From Patescibacteria group bacterium (GTDB lineage Bacteria; Patescibacteriota; Patescibacteriia; Patescibacteriales; UBA12465): 60,956 nucleotides of DNA. Location: assembly GCA_028692765.1 (NCBI GenBank), contig JAQUWT010000005.1, positions 1 to 60,956 on the forward strand, in the 5' to 3' direction. Below are positions 46,270 to 54,690 of the stretch, in pieces (position 1 is the stretch's first letter; each line of letters opens with the position of its first letter). The notes below the pieces were generated by a model. It was not told where the DNA came from. It saw only the letters and a list, made by a program, of their open reading frames with translations, and searched no databases. Both the position numbers and the translations under genes were made by a program.

Positions 46270-48060
46270 CTATTTTACCCTTTTTGCTCTCTGTCTATCG
46301 ACCTCTGTCAAATGCTGTTTGCGCAGACGGATGCTAAGCGGCGTAATTTCCAAATATTCATCTTCATTCATCACGCCCAAGCCGAATTCGATACTTAAAG
46401 GCACGGGCGGCGTCAACTGAATTGCTTCGTCGGAACCGGAAGCGCGGACATTGGTCAGCTGCTTGCCTTTAATCGGATTAACCGCCAAATCATTGCCCTT
46501 GGAGACATTGCCGATAACCATGCCCTCATAAACTTCGGTATTGGGCCCGATATAAAGGACGCCCCGCTCTTGCAGATTCCACAGCGCGAAGGCCAAAGCT
46601 TTGCCGGTAATCATGGAAACCATCGAGCCTAAATCATTCTTTTCAATCTCGCCGGCATAAGGTTGAAAGCCGAGCACCTGGGCGCAAAGAATGCCTTCGC
46701 CCCTGGTATCGACGATGAATTCGTTGCGATAGCCCAATAAGCCTCTGGTTGGAACGGCGAAAGTCAAACGGCTCTGGCTATTGTGGGTTTTAAAGTCGAG
46801 CATTTTGCCGCGACGTTTGGAAATCTTTTCAATAACCGTGCCGGAAAGATTTTCCGGGATATCAATGGTAACCTCTTCAAAAGGCTCCGATTTCACGCCG
46901 TCGATATCTTTAATAATAACCTGCGGCTGGGAAACTTGAAGTTCATAGCCCTCGCGGCGCAGATTTTCCAATAAAATCGCAATATGAAGTTCGCCGCGAC
47001 CAAAGACCCGATAATAGCTGGTTTCGGAAAAATCAATTTTCAAACCGACATTAACTTCCAATTCTTTTTCCAATCGTTCTTTCAATTGGCGGTTGGTGAC
47101 AAACTTGCCTTCTTTGCCGGCAAAAGGAGAATTATTGACCAAAAAATTCAAAGCGATAGTCGGCTCGTCAATCTTAATGGCGGGCAAAGCTGGCTGGTCG
47201 GCATGCTCGGCAATCGTCTCACCGATATAAATATCCGGCAAACCGGCTATCATCACAATATCGCCGGCTTCCGCTTCCGCCACCTCTTGGCGGCCGAGAC
47301 CTTTAAAGGTAAAGAGCTTGGTAATCTTACCGGCTTTAGTGCTGCCATCTAAATCTTCAATAAAAACTGTCTGAGCGGCTTTAATCTTTCCTTCATATAC
47401 CCGGCAAATAGCGCAGCGCCCCAAGAAATTATCATAGGCCAGGTTAAAAGGTTGGGCTAAAAGAGGCTGAGCCAAAGCTTCCGAAGAAGAGGCGGGGGCA
47501 ACATGTTCTAAAATCAAATCAAGTAAAGGGTTTAAATTATCCGATTCATCCGCTAATTCTTTTTTGGCGATTCCCTGCTTGGAGGCGGCATAGATTACCG
47601 GAAAATCCAACTGAGCATCGCTGGCGCCCAAATCTAAAAACAATTCATAGACCATTTCCACTACTTCCGCCGGGCGGGCGGCCGGCTTGTCAATCTTGTT
47701 AATCACCACAATCGGCAGTAGACCTAATTCCAAAGATTTTTTCAGAACAAATTTTGTCTGCGGCATCGGCCCCTCTTGAGCATCAACCAATAGCAAAACA
47801 CAATCAATAGAACGTAAAATCCGTTCCACCTCCGAACTAAAGTCGGCATGTCCGGGCGTGTCCACGATGTTAATCTTTGTATCCTTATAAAAAACGGAGG
47901 TATTTTTGGAATAGATGGTAATACCCCTTTCTTTTTCCAAGGCATTGCTGTCCATACTTACCTCATCCCCGGCAATACCGGTCTGACGCATCAAAGCATC
48001 GGTAAGGGTGGTTTTACCGTGGTCAACGTGGGCGATAATAGCAATATTGCGAATTTCCAT
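46270..48060 (-). CDS. typA: Translational GTPase TypA/BipA
   Basis: AHVDHGKTTL (G1), DTPGHADF (G3) and NKID (G4) motifs with an EF-G-like domain order; 596 aa. Confidence 0.95.
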   Translation of the reverse strand: MEIRNIAIIAHVDHGKTTLTDALMRQTGIAGDEVSMDSNALEKERGITIYSKNTSVFYKDTKINIVDTPGHADFSSEVERILRSIDCVLLLVDAQEGPMPQTKFVLKKSLELGLLPIVVINKIDKPAARPAEVVEMVYELFLDLGASDAQLDFPVIYAASKQGIAKKELADESDNLNPLLDLILEHVAPASSSEALAQPLLAQPFNLAYDNFLGRCAICRVYEGKIKAAQTVFIEDLDGSTKAGKITKLFTFKGLGRQEVAEAEAGDIVMIAGLPDIYIGETIAEHADQPALPAIKIDEPTIALNFLVNNSPFAGKEGKFVTNRQLKERLEKELEVNVGLKIDFSETSYYRVFGRGELHIAILLENLRREGYELQVSQPQVIIKDIDGVKSEPFEEVTIDIPENLSGTVIEKISKRRGKMLDFKTHNSQSRLTFAVPTRGLLGYRNEFIVDTRGEGILCAQVLGFQPYAGEIEKNDLGSMVSMITGKALAFALWNLQERGVLYIGPNTEVYEGMVIGNVSKGNDLAVNPIKGKQLTNVRASGSDEAIQLTPPVPLSIEFGLGVMNEDEYLEITPLSIRLRKQHLTEVDRQRAKRVK

Positions 48061-48092
48061 AAAATAAATAATGATTTTTGGCCGTTTAAAGC

Positions 48093-48117
48093 AAAAATTA
48101 CGCCGAGGGCGTAATTT
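48093..48117 (-). terminator. Hairpin terminator after the 705-aa gene
   Basis: AAATTACGCC-GAG-GGCGTAATTT perfect hairpin. The T-rich tract on the minus strand is partly inside the stem. Confidence 0.5.
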
Positions 48118-48168
48118 GGCCTTGCTTATTGATAATAATTGATTTGCAGGAAATAGTCAAATATAAGG

Positions 48169-50286
48169 CTAATGACTACTATTTTCCGATAAAGCCGCTA
48201 AATCAACCGCTTGAAAACCTAAATTATCTGCCACAACATTAAGCGTCATTGATTGATTAAATTTCTGAACATTTTTACCGCCGCCAACTTTCAAATCAGA
48301 GGCCTCCTGTTGAGCAAAAACGGCTGTAATATCATCGTCCTCCCAAGCGTGCATTAAAACCGCTAATTTTTCCTTTTCATGTTTAATCTTTTCATTAATT
48401 TCTTCCAATTTTTCCTGGGAGGTCAATAGACTCTTTTGAGAAGAAGGAGTATTAGCTCTTGCGGCGAGGCGTGAAAGCAAATCCTCTTGCCGCTGCTGCT
48501 GTGATTCCAAGGCACTAATTCTCTTACTGGCAGTATTATATAAAAAATTAATTTTGGGAGCGATAGCCGCCATTGCCTGGTCTTCATAGCCCCTCTCTAA
48601 ATCATCAAGAGAAATTTGCCTAATTGCTTTATTCTTATCATCGCCGTAATAGAAATAAACACTGGCGTTTTTCTTGGCTGCCAAACTGCGAATTTTTTGA
48701 ATTTTTTCCCAAGAGACTTCCTGAATAGCTTCATCTGTCATAATGAAAAGCGCATTCTTTTCTTGGGCCTTCATTTTGCCTAAAGCAGTATAAGCGACAT
48801 CAAGAGCCCTTTCTTCCCAATTGCCTTCATACTTTATCTCTCTGATTTTTTCCGCTACCTCTTCCGGACTATCTAGCTGCTTTATCCCGTCTAATCGATT
48901 AGAAAAAGTAGCAAAATTAACTTTTAAGTCATTAAAATTCTGCTTTTCTATCACCTGCGCCATGTATGGATAGGAATTGCCGACGGACGGACTATTATCA
49001 AACAGCAAATAAACATTATCGTACTCATTAATTTTAAATAATTCCGGCGGCAAATCAGATAATCTAGGGCTGACTTCATGGCCGCCCTTAATTTTATTGT
49101 CCCTTGTCTTCATTCTATTGATGAAATCTATTTTCGGCACAGCCACCGAAAATGATATCCGCCGGCAATCATCTAATAATAATTTATATTTTTCCGGGTC
49201 ATGAGATTTTATGGACGCCACTTCTTCTGACGTATACTTTTGCCCGGTTGCCGGATTATCCAAATCAGTAATATAAGTAACTCCTTCTTCAGGTCCGGTT
49301 GGCGAAAGCGGCATCTCATGAAAAAAGGCCTTACTCCGAATCTTCTCGGCTAAACTGTCAGGCAGCTTATCAAATTTATAATTTTGCAAAGTTTCAGTGA
49401 GCAGTTTATCTAAAGCTGCCAGCCTAGCTCTAGTTAAATCGGCATTACTGCCGTTCCAATTACTGGTAGGACGTTCATCACTGGAACCGAATAGCTTAAA
49501 ATCAGAGGCGATAATTTCTTGAGCATTATCGGGAGTAATTTTACTTAAAAAAACTTCAAAATCAGCAATAATAGCCTGAGGATTAATAATATCAGCCTTA
49601 TCGGTGGCAAAATAGTTTGATAACTCCAAACTGGCTAGTCGCGTAGATTCTTCTAACTTTATATCCAGAGGCTTAGCATCGTTCGGGTGATAGTTTTCCG
49701 AGCTGACGCTGTTGAAATCTTTAGCGGATAAATGGTAGGTTTTGTCTGGATTAGGTTCATGGTTAACATCATTTTTAATCTCCTTGCTCGTTTTTACCCC
49801 CTCTTTCAAATTATCATGATGTTCAGCTCCTTGGGCTAAAGGCGCAAATTTAGCTAAAAGCATTAAAGCGACAAAAGCAGCTTTAACCGAATTATTATTA
49901 GCAAAACGATGAAATATACTTTGTTCAAATTTTCCATCTTCTTCTAGAGAATCAAGAGCATCAGCAATCTGCGACATAATCTCTCCACCTTTAGCAGTCA
50001 AGGCCATTTCCTGTCCAGATAAAAACTCATGCAGATTTTCCGGGCTCATACCGGTAATGCGAAAGACAGCCTCTGGAGATAAACTGTTGCCCATCTCTTT
50101 CTGAATACTGATAGCCTCCCTTAAATCTCTTAAATTATCACTAAAATCAAAGCTACCAGCTTTTTTTTCGCCGCCACCAGTCGATGCCACCTCGGCTGAA
50201 CTTGGTACCTCAGCTATATCCGGTATATTGAGGTCTTTTTCGCCGCTAGGCGAAATCTGTTCTTTTTTGCGTAAAAAATGAAACAT
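48169..50286 (-). CDS. Large hypothetical protein with an OmpA-C-like segment, a vWA-like (MIDAS) domain and a C-terminal coiled coil
   Basis: Residues about 225-300 read FATDKADI..LFGSSDERPT..GSNADLTRARLAAL (OmpA/MotB-like). Residues about 424-525 read LLFDNSPSVG (DxSxS) .. LFIMTDEA (vWA-like). A Gln/Glu-rich coiled coil spans about 590-645. Confidence 0.6.
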   Translation of the reverse strand: MFHFLRKKEQISPSGEKDLNIPDIAEVPSSAEVASTGGGEKKAGSFDFSDNLRDLREAISIQKEMGNSLSPEAVFRITGMSPENLHEFLSGQEMALTAKGGEIMSQIADALDSLEEDGKFEQSIFHRFANNNSVKAAFVALMLLAKFAPLAQGAEHHDNLKEGVKTSKEIKNDVNHEPNPDKTYHLSAKDFNSVSSENYHPNDAKPLDIKLEESTRLASLELSNYFATDKADIINPQAIIADFEVFLSKITPDNAQEIIASDFKLFGSSDERPTSNWNGSNADLTRARLAALDKLLTETLQNYKFDKLPDSLAEKIRSKAFFHEMPLSPTGPEEGVTYITDLDNPATGQKYTSEEVASIKSHDPEKYKLLLDDCRRISFSVAVPKIDFINRMKTRDNKIKGGHEVSPRLSDLPPELFKINEYDNVYLLFDNSPSVGNSYPYMAQVIEKQNFNDLKVNFATFSNRLDGIKQLDSPEEVAEKIREIKYEGNWEERALDVAYTALGKMKAQEKNALFIMTDEAIQEVSWEKIQKIRSLAAKKNASVYFYYGDDKNKAIRQISLDDLERGYEDQAMAAIAPKINFLYNTASKRISALESQQQRQEDLLSRLAARANTPSSQKSLLTSQEKLEEINEKIKHEKEKLAVLMHAWEDDDITAVFAQQEASDLKVGGGKNVQKFNQSMTLNVVADNLGFQAVDLAALSENSSH

Positions 50287-50319
50287 ATTTTTGTTCTTTA
50301 ATCATATTATACTAAAAAA

Positions 50320-50901
50320 TTAAGGGAAAAACAATAAAAAAGAGCCCTCTGAAAAGAAGGCTCGAAATAGTTTCTCGGTAATTACTACCAGAAATTTGCC
50401 GATAACCCCCCCGCCTGTTATCGTAAAATGTAATAAATGCAAACCAGGGGCCGAAACGGAGTCGTTGCCGCTTAAATATACTAAAGCGCTTAAATCAGGC
50501 TCGACAACCAGGTTGTCAGCCCGATAAGAAGCTCCAGGCGGCAAAGAAATGGCCATATTACCGAACTCCAACAGCACATTATGTTCAGAGTTGTTGTGCA
50601 GAAATATCGGCAACTTAGTGCTCTCAGAAAAAACATAAATTCCGTCCGATAAAGCTAAGTGGCAAAAACCGATTTTCCGTACTGTCTGATAATCTGCCCT
50701 CTCTTGCAAATAGGCATAATAGTTCGAATCAATTACTTCTGCCTGATGCGACTCGTGGGCAGAGATGATAAATCCAGCTCCGCCAGACACAGATAGAAGC
50801 ATGACATCTTCGTCTTCATAGTTACATATAACCTGAGCCTGTGAAGCGGCTAAGCCAAAACAACAAGCGACGGCAACGAAAAAAAATCTGAAAATTTTCA
50901 T
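50320..50901 (-). CDS. Secreted hypothetical protein
   Basis: The start is set at MKIFRFFFVAVACCFGLAASQAQV (signal peptide); the longest ORF extends to 50952. The last 14 codons run through a terminator-like hairpin. Confidence 0.5.
   Translation of the reverse strand: MKIFRFFFVAVACCFGLAASQAQVICNYEDEDVMLLSVSGGAGFIISAHESHQAEVIDSNYYAYLQERADYQTVRKIGFCHLALSDGIYVFSESTKLPIFLHNNSEHNVLLEFGNMAISLPPGASYRADNLVVEPDLSALVYLSGNDSVSAPGLHLLHFTITGGGVIGKFLVVITEKLFRAFFSEGSFLLFFP
50331..50363 (-). terminator. Rho-independent terminator overlapping the 3' end of the 50320..50901 ORF
   Basis: On the minus strand, AGCCTTCT-TTTC-AGAGGGCT (one G:U pair) is followed by CTTTTTTATTGTTTTT. Confidence 0.55.
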
Positions 50902-50985
50902 GATATTTTTGCTTTTAAGTTGACAAATGAACGAATAAAAAGATATTACCAATAAAATATATAATTGTCAATAAAAAATGGTAAT

Positions 50986-51968
50986 GTGCACACACATATT
51001 GCACTTTCTGCTAATCTAGAGCCATATGCCCAAAACTATGCCCAAATCCACTGGCGAGGAGAAATATCGCTGGATTAAGCCAATCCTGGACAAAGAGATA
51101 TCAATCAAGCAATTTGCCAAGGTCTGCCCGTTCAGCGAGCGGGCCATAAAGTACTGGCTGGCCAGATATCGGGAGTACGGACTGGGAGGATTAGATAATA
51201 AGTCGACCAGGCCGAAATCTCAACCGAATGAAACGCCAATCAGGACAAAGGAGCGAATCGTTGAGCTACGCCATAAGAACAGGCTCTGCGCCCAAAAACT
51301 ATGATATAAACTGAAGAAGGAGGATATAGATATAAACGTCAGGACGATAGGCAAAATTATCAAAGCCGAAGGGCTGGTCAGGAAATACCGCGTCAGAAAG
51401 CTGCAGTATAAATATATCAAGCCGACGCTAAGACCCGGCGATTTGGTGGAGATAGATATTAAATATGTGCTAGGCAGAATAAGGGGAAAACGATATTATC
51501 AATATACGGCCATAGACTGCGCTACCAGGTGGAGACACCTGGAGATATATGAGAACGGGGACAATGACAGCTCGCTCAGATTCCTGGAACAAGTGATTAA
51601 AACCGCCTCCTTTCCCATCAGAGCTATCAAGACGGATAACGGGACTTGTTTCACTAATCGCTATGTGGGCTATCTGAAATCGAGTTCGCCCCATGAGCCC
51701 AGGTTCCATCCGCTGGATGAGAGGTGCGCCGAGCTCGGCATCGTCCACTATCTCATTGACCCAGGCAAACCGGCTCAGAATGGAAAAGTGGAGAGGAGTC
51801 ATCGGACAGACCAGGAGATGTTCTACGACCGCCATCGTTTCGATACTCTGCGGAGCTTGCAAATCAGTCTCAGGAAGTGGAATAATTATTATAATAATCT
51901 AGAACATTGCGCCCTAGATGGCCTGAGCCCGAATGAGGCTCTGGCGAGAGTGCAAAATGTGTGTGCTT
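50986..51968 (+). mobile_element. IS481-family-like insertion sequence (about 0.98 kb) with terminal inverted repeats
   Basis: IRL GCACACACATATTGCACT (50988-51005) matches the reverse complement of IRR at 51949-51966 (GCACACACATTTTGCACT) in 17/18 positions. It encloses a single HTH + DDE transposase reading frame. Confidence 0.7.
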
Positions 51969-51970
51969 AA
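51026..51970 (+). pseudogene. IS481-like DDE transposase interrupted by one in-frame TGA
   Basis: ORFs 51026..51304 (HTH part) and 51443..51970 (rve core: EIDIKYV, IKTDNGTCF, PAQNGKVERSHRT) are in the same frame. That frame is open throughout except for TGA at 51302-51304 (..LCAQKL*YKLKKEDIDINVRTIGKII..). Confidence 0.7.
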
Positions 51971-52041
51971 AACAAATATAATAAAAGACATCTCCAGCAA
52001 ACAAAAAACATCGGGATCTAACCGATGCTTTATTGTGTCCG

Positions 52042-52128
52042 CGGAGAGTAAGGGATTCGAACCCTTGATACCGGTTAGGGTATACCCGCTTTCCAAGCGA
52101 GCGCACTCGACCACTATGCGAACTCTCC
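52042..52128 (-). tRNA. tRNA-Ser (anticodon GGA), type II with a long variable arm; CCA is not encoded
   Basis: The minus strand reads GGAGAGT-TC-GCA..TGC-G-CTCGC-TTGGAAA-GCGGG-[TATACCCTAACCGGTATC]-AAGGG-TTCGAAT-CCCTT-ACTCTCC-G. The cloverleaf was folded by hand, and the anticodon loop is UU-GGA-AA. Confidence 0.9.
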
Positions 52129-52149
52129 AAGATGCTATCTAAGATAGCA

Positions 52150-52875
52150 TTATTTCAATTGTCTTTCAATAACTTGTTTTAAACCCTCAATTTCATCGCC
52201 GTTGGAATCGACAAAAGCCTCATAAGGGCGGGCGCCGACAATCATTTCATCACCGACAAAAACTGTGGGCGCTCCATAGACAGAAAAATTACCGGCATCA
52301 AGCGATAGCTTACCTATTCTTTCTTTTTTTTCGGGATTAGTCAAGCACCCCTGAAAATCCTCCTGATTCAAGCCTATTTCTCCGGCCAAACTATTAAGCT
52401 TCTCAGCGTTAAGCTGATTAGCATGTACCGATTGAAAAAGCATATCCCTAAATTCCTCTCCCTTTCCCTGGGTAAAGGCGCAGCCTACCGCTTGCGCCGC
52501 CTCGTCGGATAAATCCGTGTGGCTGAAATTAAAAGGCCGATAAGCAAGCCTGACTCTATCGCCAAACTCCGCCCGTGCCTGTTTTAAAACATCGGCGAAA
52601 TCGGCACTAAAGACATCGCCGTAGTCTTCATAAACAATAATGTCCAAACTATTCCCATTACCGGAAACAAAATCATCTTCGCTAATAACCGGAAAATTGG
52701 CAGCGGCATAACTCTGCTGATTGCCAGAAAGTTCTGATTCCGTCTTCATTTCTGAGGCTTCCAATAAATCTTGCTTTTCCTCAATGTGATTATTGAAAAA
52801 AAGTATCAAGCCGAATACGGCTAACGCCGCTAAAATAAAAATAAAGATTACGCGGACGGTTTTTTTTGTTTCCAT
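52150..52875 (-). CDS. Membrane-anchored DsbA-like thioredoxin-fold protein lacking the CxxC active site
   Basis: The start is set at METKKT, followed by a TM segment (the longest ORF would overlap gatA). DsbA/BdbD-family pattern: IIVYEDYGDVFSADF, where CPxC is expected, and a cis-Pro loop YGAPTVFV. Confidence 0.65.
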   Translation of the reverse strand: METKKTVRVIFIFILAALAVFGLILFFNNHIEEKQDLLEASEMKTESELSGNQQSYAAANFPVISEDDFVSGNGNSLDIIVYEDYGDVFSADFADVLKQARAEFGDRVRLAYRPFNFSHTDLSDEAAQAVGCAFTQGKGEEFRDMLFQSVHANQLNAEKLNSLAGEIGLNQEDFQGCLTNPEKKERIGKLSLDAGNFSVYGAPTVFVGDEMIVGARPYEAFVDSNGDEIEGLKQVIERQLK

Positions 52876-52897
52876 AATAATGGGCAGAGACGGACGC

Positions 52898-54364
52898 TTA
52901 AAGATTAGGGCGGCGCTCTTGATAATTATTAATTTTTTCCCAAGCGGCGGCCGCTCGCAAAACAGACTCTTCCCTGGCCATCGGGCCGATAAACTGCCAG
53001 CCAAAAGGTAATTCTTTGCCTCCAACCTCGACAAAACCGCCAGGCACGGAAATAGCCGGCAAACCAGCTAAAGAAGCGCCAGATAAATAAATATCTTCCA
53101 AATACATCGCTAAGGGGTCATTGACTTGCGCTCCCAGCTTAAAGGCGGGATGGGGAGAAGTCGGAGTGAAAATGACATCTACCTTTTGGAAAGCCTGGGC
53201 AAAATCAGCCTTGATTAAATCCCTGACTGCCTGCGCTTTCTTGTAATAGGCGTCGGCATAACCGGCGCTCAGGGCAAAAGTGCCGAGCATGATTCTTCTT
53301 TTGGCCTCCGGACCAAAACCATGACCGCGGTTAGCTCTATAAAAAGACAAGAGATTGTCGGACCCTTCTTCTGCCAGGCCCCAGCCGATGCCGTCAAAAC
53401 GGGCAAGATTGGAGCTTAACTCGCTGGGCGTAATTACATAATATACCGGTACGCTGTATTGATTATAGGGTAAATCAATATTGACAATATCCGCTCCCGC
53501 TTTTTTAAATATTTCCAAAGCGCGCAGTGCCTCGGTCCGCAGGCCTTCATCCAAACTACCCTCCAGATAAGCGGGCACGATTCCGATTTTCAAGCCTTTA
53601 AAACCTTGGGATAAAGACAAGCGGCTATCTTCCAGCGGCGCCGCTAAAGTGGTGGCATCGAGCTTATCCCGACCGGCAATTACCTCTAAAACCATAGCGG
53701 CGTCCTCAACTGTCCGCGTCAAAGGACCGATAGTGTCGGTAGATGAAGTCATCGATAGCAGGCCGAAGCGAGATACTCGGCCATAGCTTGGCTTCAAGCC
53801 TACCAAATTGCAAAAACTGGCTGGCTGGCGAATGGAACCGCCAGTATCGGTACCGAGAGCAAACAGGCATAAGCCGGCGGCTACCGCCGCGGCGCTGCCC
53901 CCCGAAGAACCGCCCGGTACCCTGCTTAAATCCCAAGGATTCTTAGTGGGACCGAAGGCCGAATTTTCCGTGGAAGAACCGTGGGCAAATTCATCAAGGT
54001 TAGTCTTACCCAGCATTACCGCTCCCGCCTCTTTCAGCTTTTTAATGACGGTAGCATCATAAGGGGCGATGTAATTCTCTAACATCTTGGAAGCGGCGGT
54101 GGTTTTTAAACCTTTAGTCATTAAAATATCTTTAGCCAGATAAGGAATGCCGAGTAAAGAGCCGCGCTCGCCATTTTTGAGACGCTCATCCGCCTCCTCC
54201 GCCGCCGCTAAGGCGCCCTGCTCGTCCACTAACAAGCAGGCGTGGAGCTCGGGGTCAAGCGCGTAAATGCGCGCCAAACAAGCTCTCGTTAATTCCAGAG
54301 AACTGATGTTGCCCTTATCTAATTCTTTCCGCGCCAAAGCGACGCTAAACATCTGTCCATCCAT
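52898..54364 (-). CDS. gatA: Glutamyl/aspartyl-tRNA amidotransferase subunit A
   Basis: Amidase signature GGSSGGSAAAVAAG with the Ser-cisSer-Lys context; 488 aa; directly follows gatC. Confidence 0.95.
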   Translation of the reverse strand: MDGQMFSVALARKELDKGNISSLELTRACLARIYALDPELHACLLVDEQGALAAAEEADERLKNGERGSLLGIPYLAKDILMTKGLKTTAASKMLENYIAPYDATVIKKLKEAGAVMLGKTNLDEFAHGSSTENSAFGPTKNPWDLSRVPGGSSGGSAAAVAAGLCLFALGTDTGGSIRQPASFCNLVGLKPSYGRVSRFGLLSMTSSTDTIGPLTRTVEDAAMVLEVIAGRDKLDATTLAAPLEDSRLSLSQGFKGLKIGIVPAYLEGSLDEGLRTEALRALEIFKKAGADIVNIDLPYNQYSVPVYYVITPSELSSNLARFDGIGWGLAEEGSDNLLSFYRANRGHGFGPEAKRRIMLGTFALSAGYADAYYKKAQAVRDLIKADFAQAFQKVDVIFTPTSPHPAFKLGAQVNDPLAMYLEDIYLSGASLAGLPAISVPGGFVEVGGKELPFGWQFIGPMAREESVLRAAAAWEKINNYQERRPNL

Positions 54365-54365
54365 A

Positions 54366-54644
54366 TTATAAAACCCTTTTTACCTTTAAAAGCCCGTGCT
54401 CTAGGTCTCCTTGGCTTAAAGCTTGGCCATTCTCTTCCACATCCCAATCTTCGACAACATCTTCCCGCCAGACATTATGCAAAGACGCCGCCATTTCCGG
54501 CGCCGCGGCGGTCACCGCTTGCAACTGATCGATATAGGCAGTGATGTCAGATAATTGCCGACCATAAGACGCTAATTCAGCCGCACTTAATTCTAAGCGG
54601 GCGAGATTAGCGATATGTTGGATTTCTGCGTCTTTAAATTGCAT
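54366..54644 (-). CDS. gatC: Glutamyl/aspartyl-tRNA amidotransferase subunit C
   Basis: 92 aa with IQHIANLARLELS and the ..WREDVV.. pattern. It ends 1 nt before the gatA start. Confidence 0.9.
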   Translation of the reverse strand: MQFKDAEIQHIANLARLELSAAELASYGRQLSDITAYIDQLQAVTAAAPEMAASLHNVWREDVVEDWDVEENGQALSQGDLEHGLLKVKRVL

Positions 54645-54690
54645 AAAAGTTTAGAAAAAGGTTATCGGTCTTTTGTTATGATACTCTTCT

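Noticed and set aside
51302-51304. Possibility that the whole genome uses TGA as a sense codon (code 4/25)
   Set aside because: mreC (13685) and mreD (13142) terminate at TGA, and the ATGA overlap at 383-386 uses TGA as a stop. All long housekeeping ORFs are intact under code 11, so the host reads TGA as stop.
52876-53034. N-terminal extension of the DsbA-like ORF (longest ORF 52150..53034)
   Set aside because: The extension overlaps the last ~45 codons of gatA in another frame. The internal METKKT start is followed directly by the TM anchor and leaves a clean 22-nt spacer after the gatA stop.
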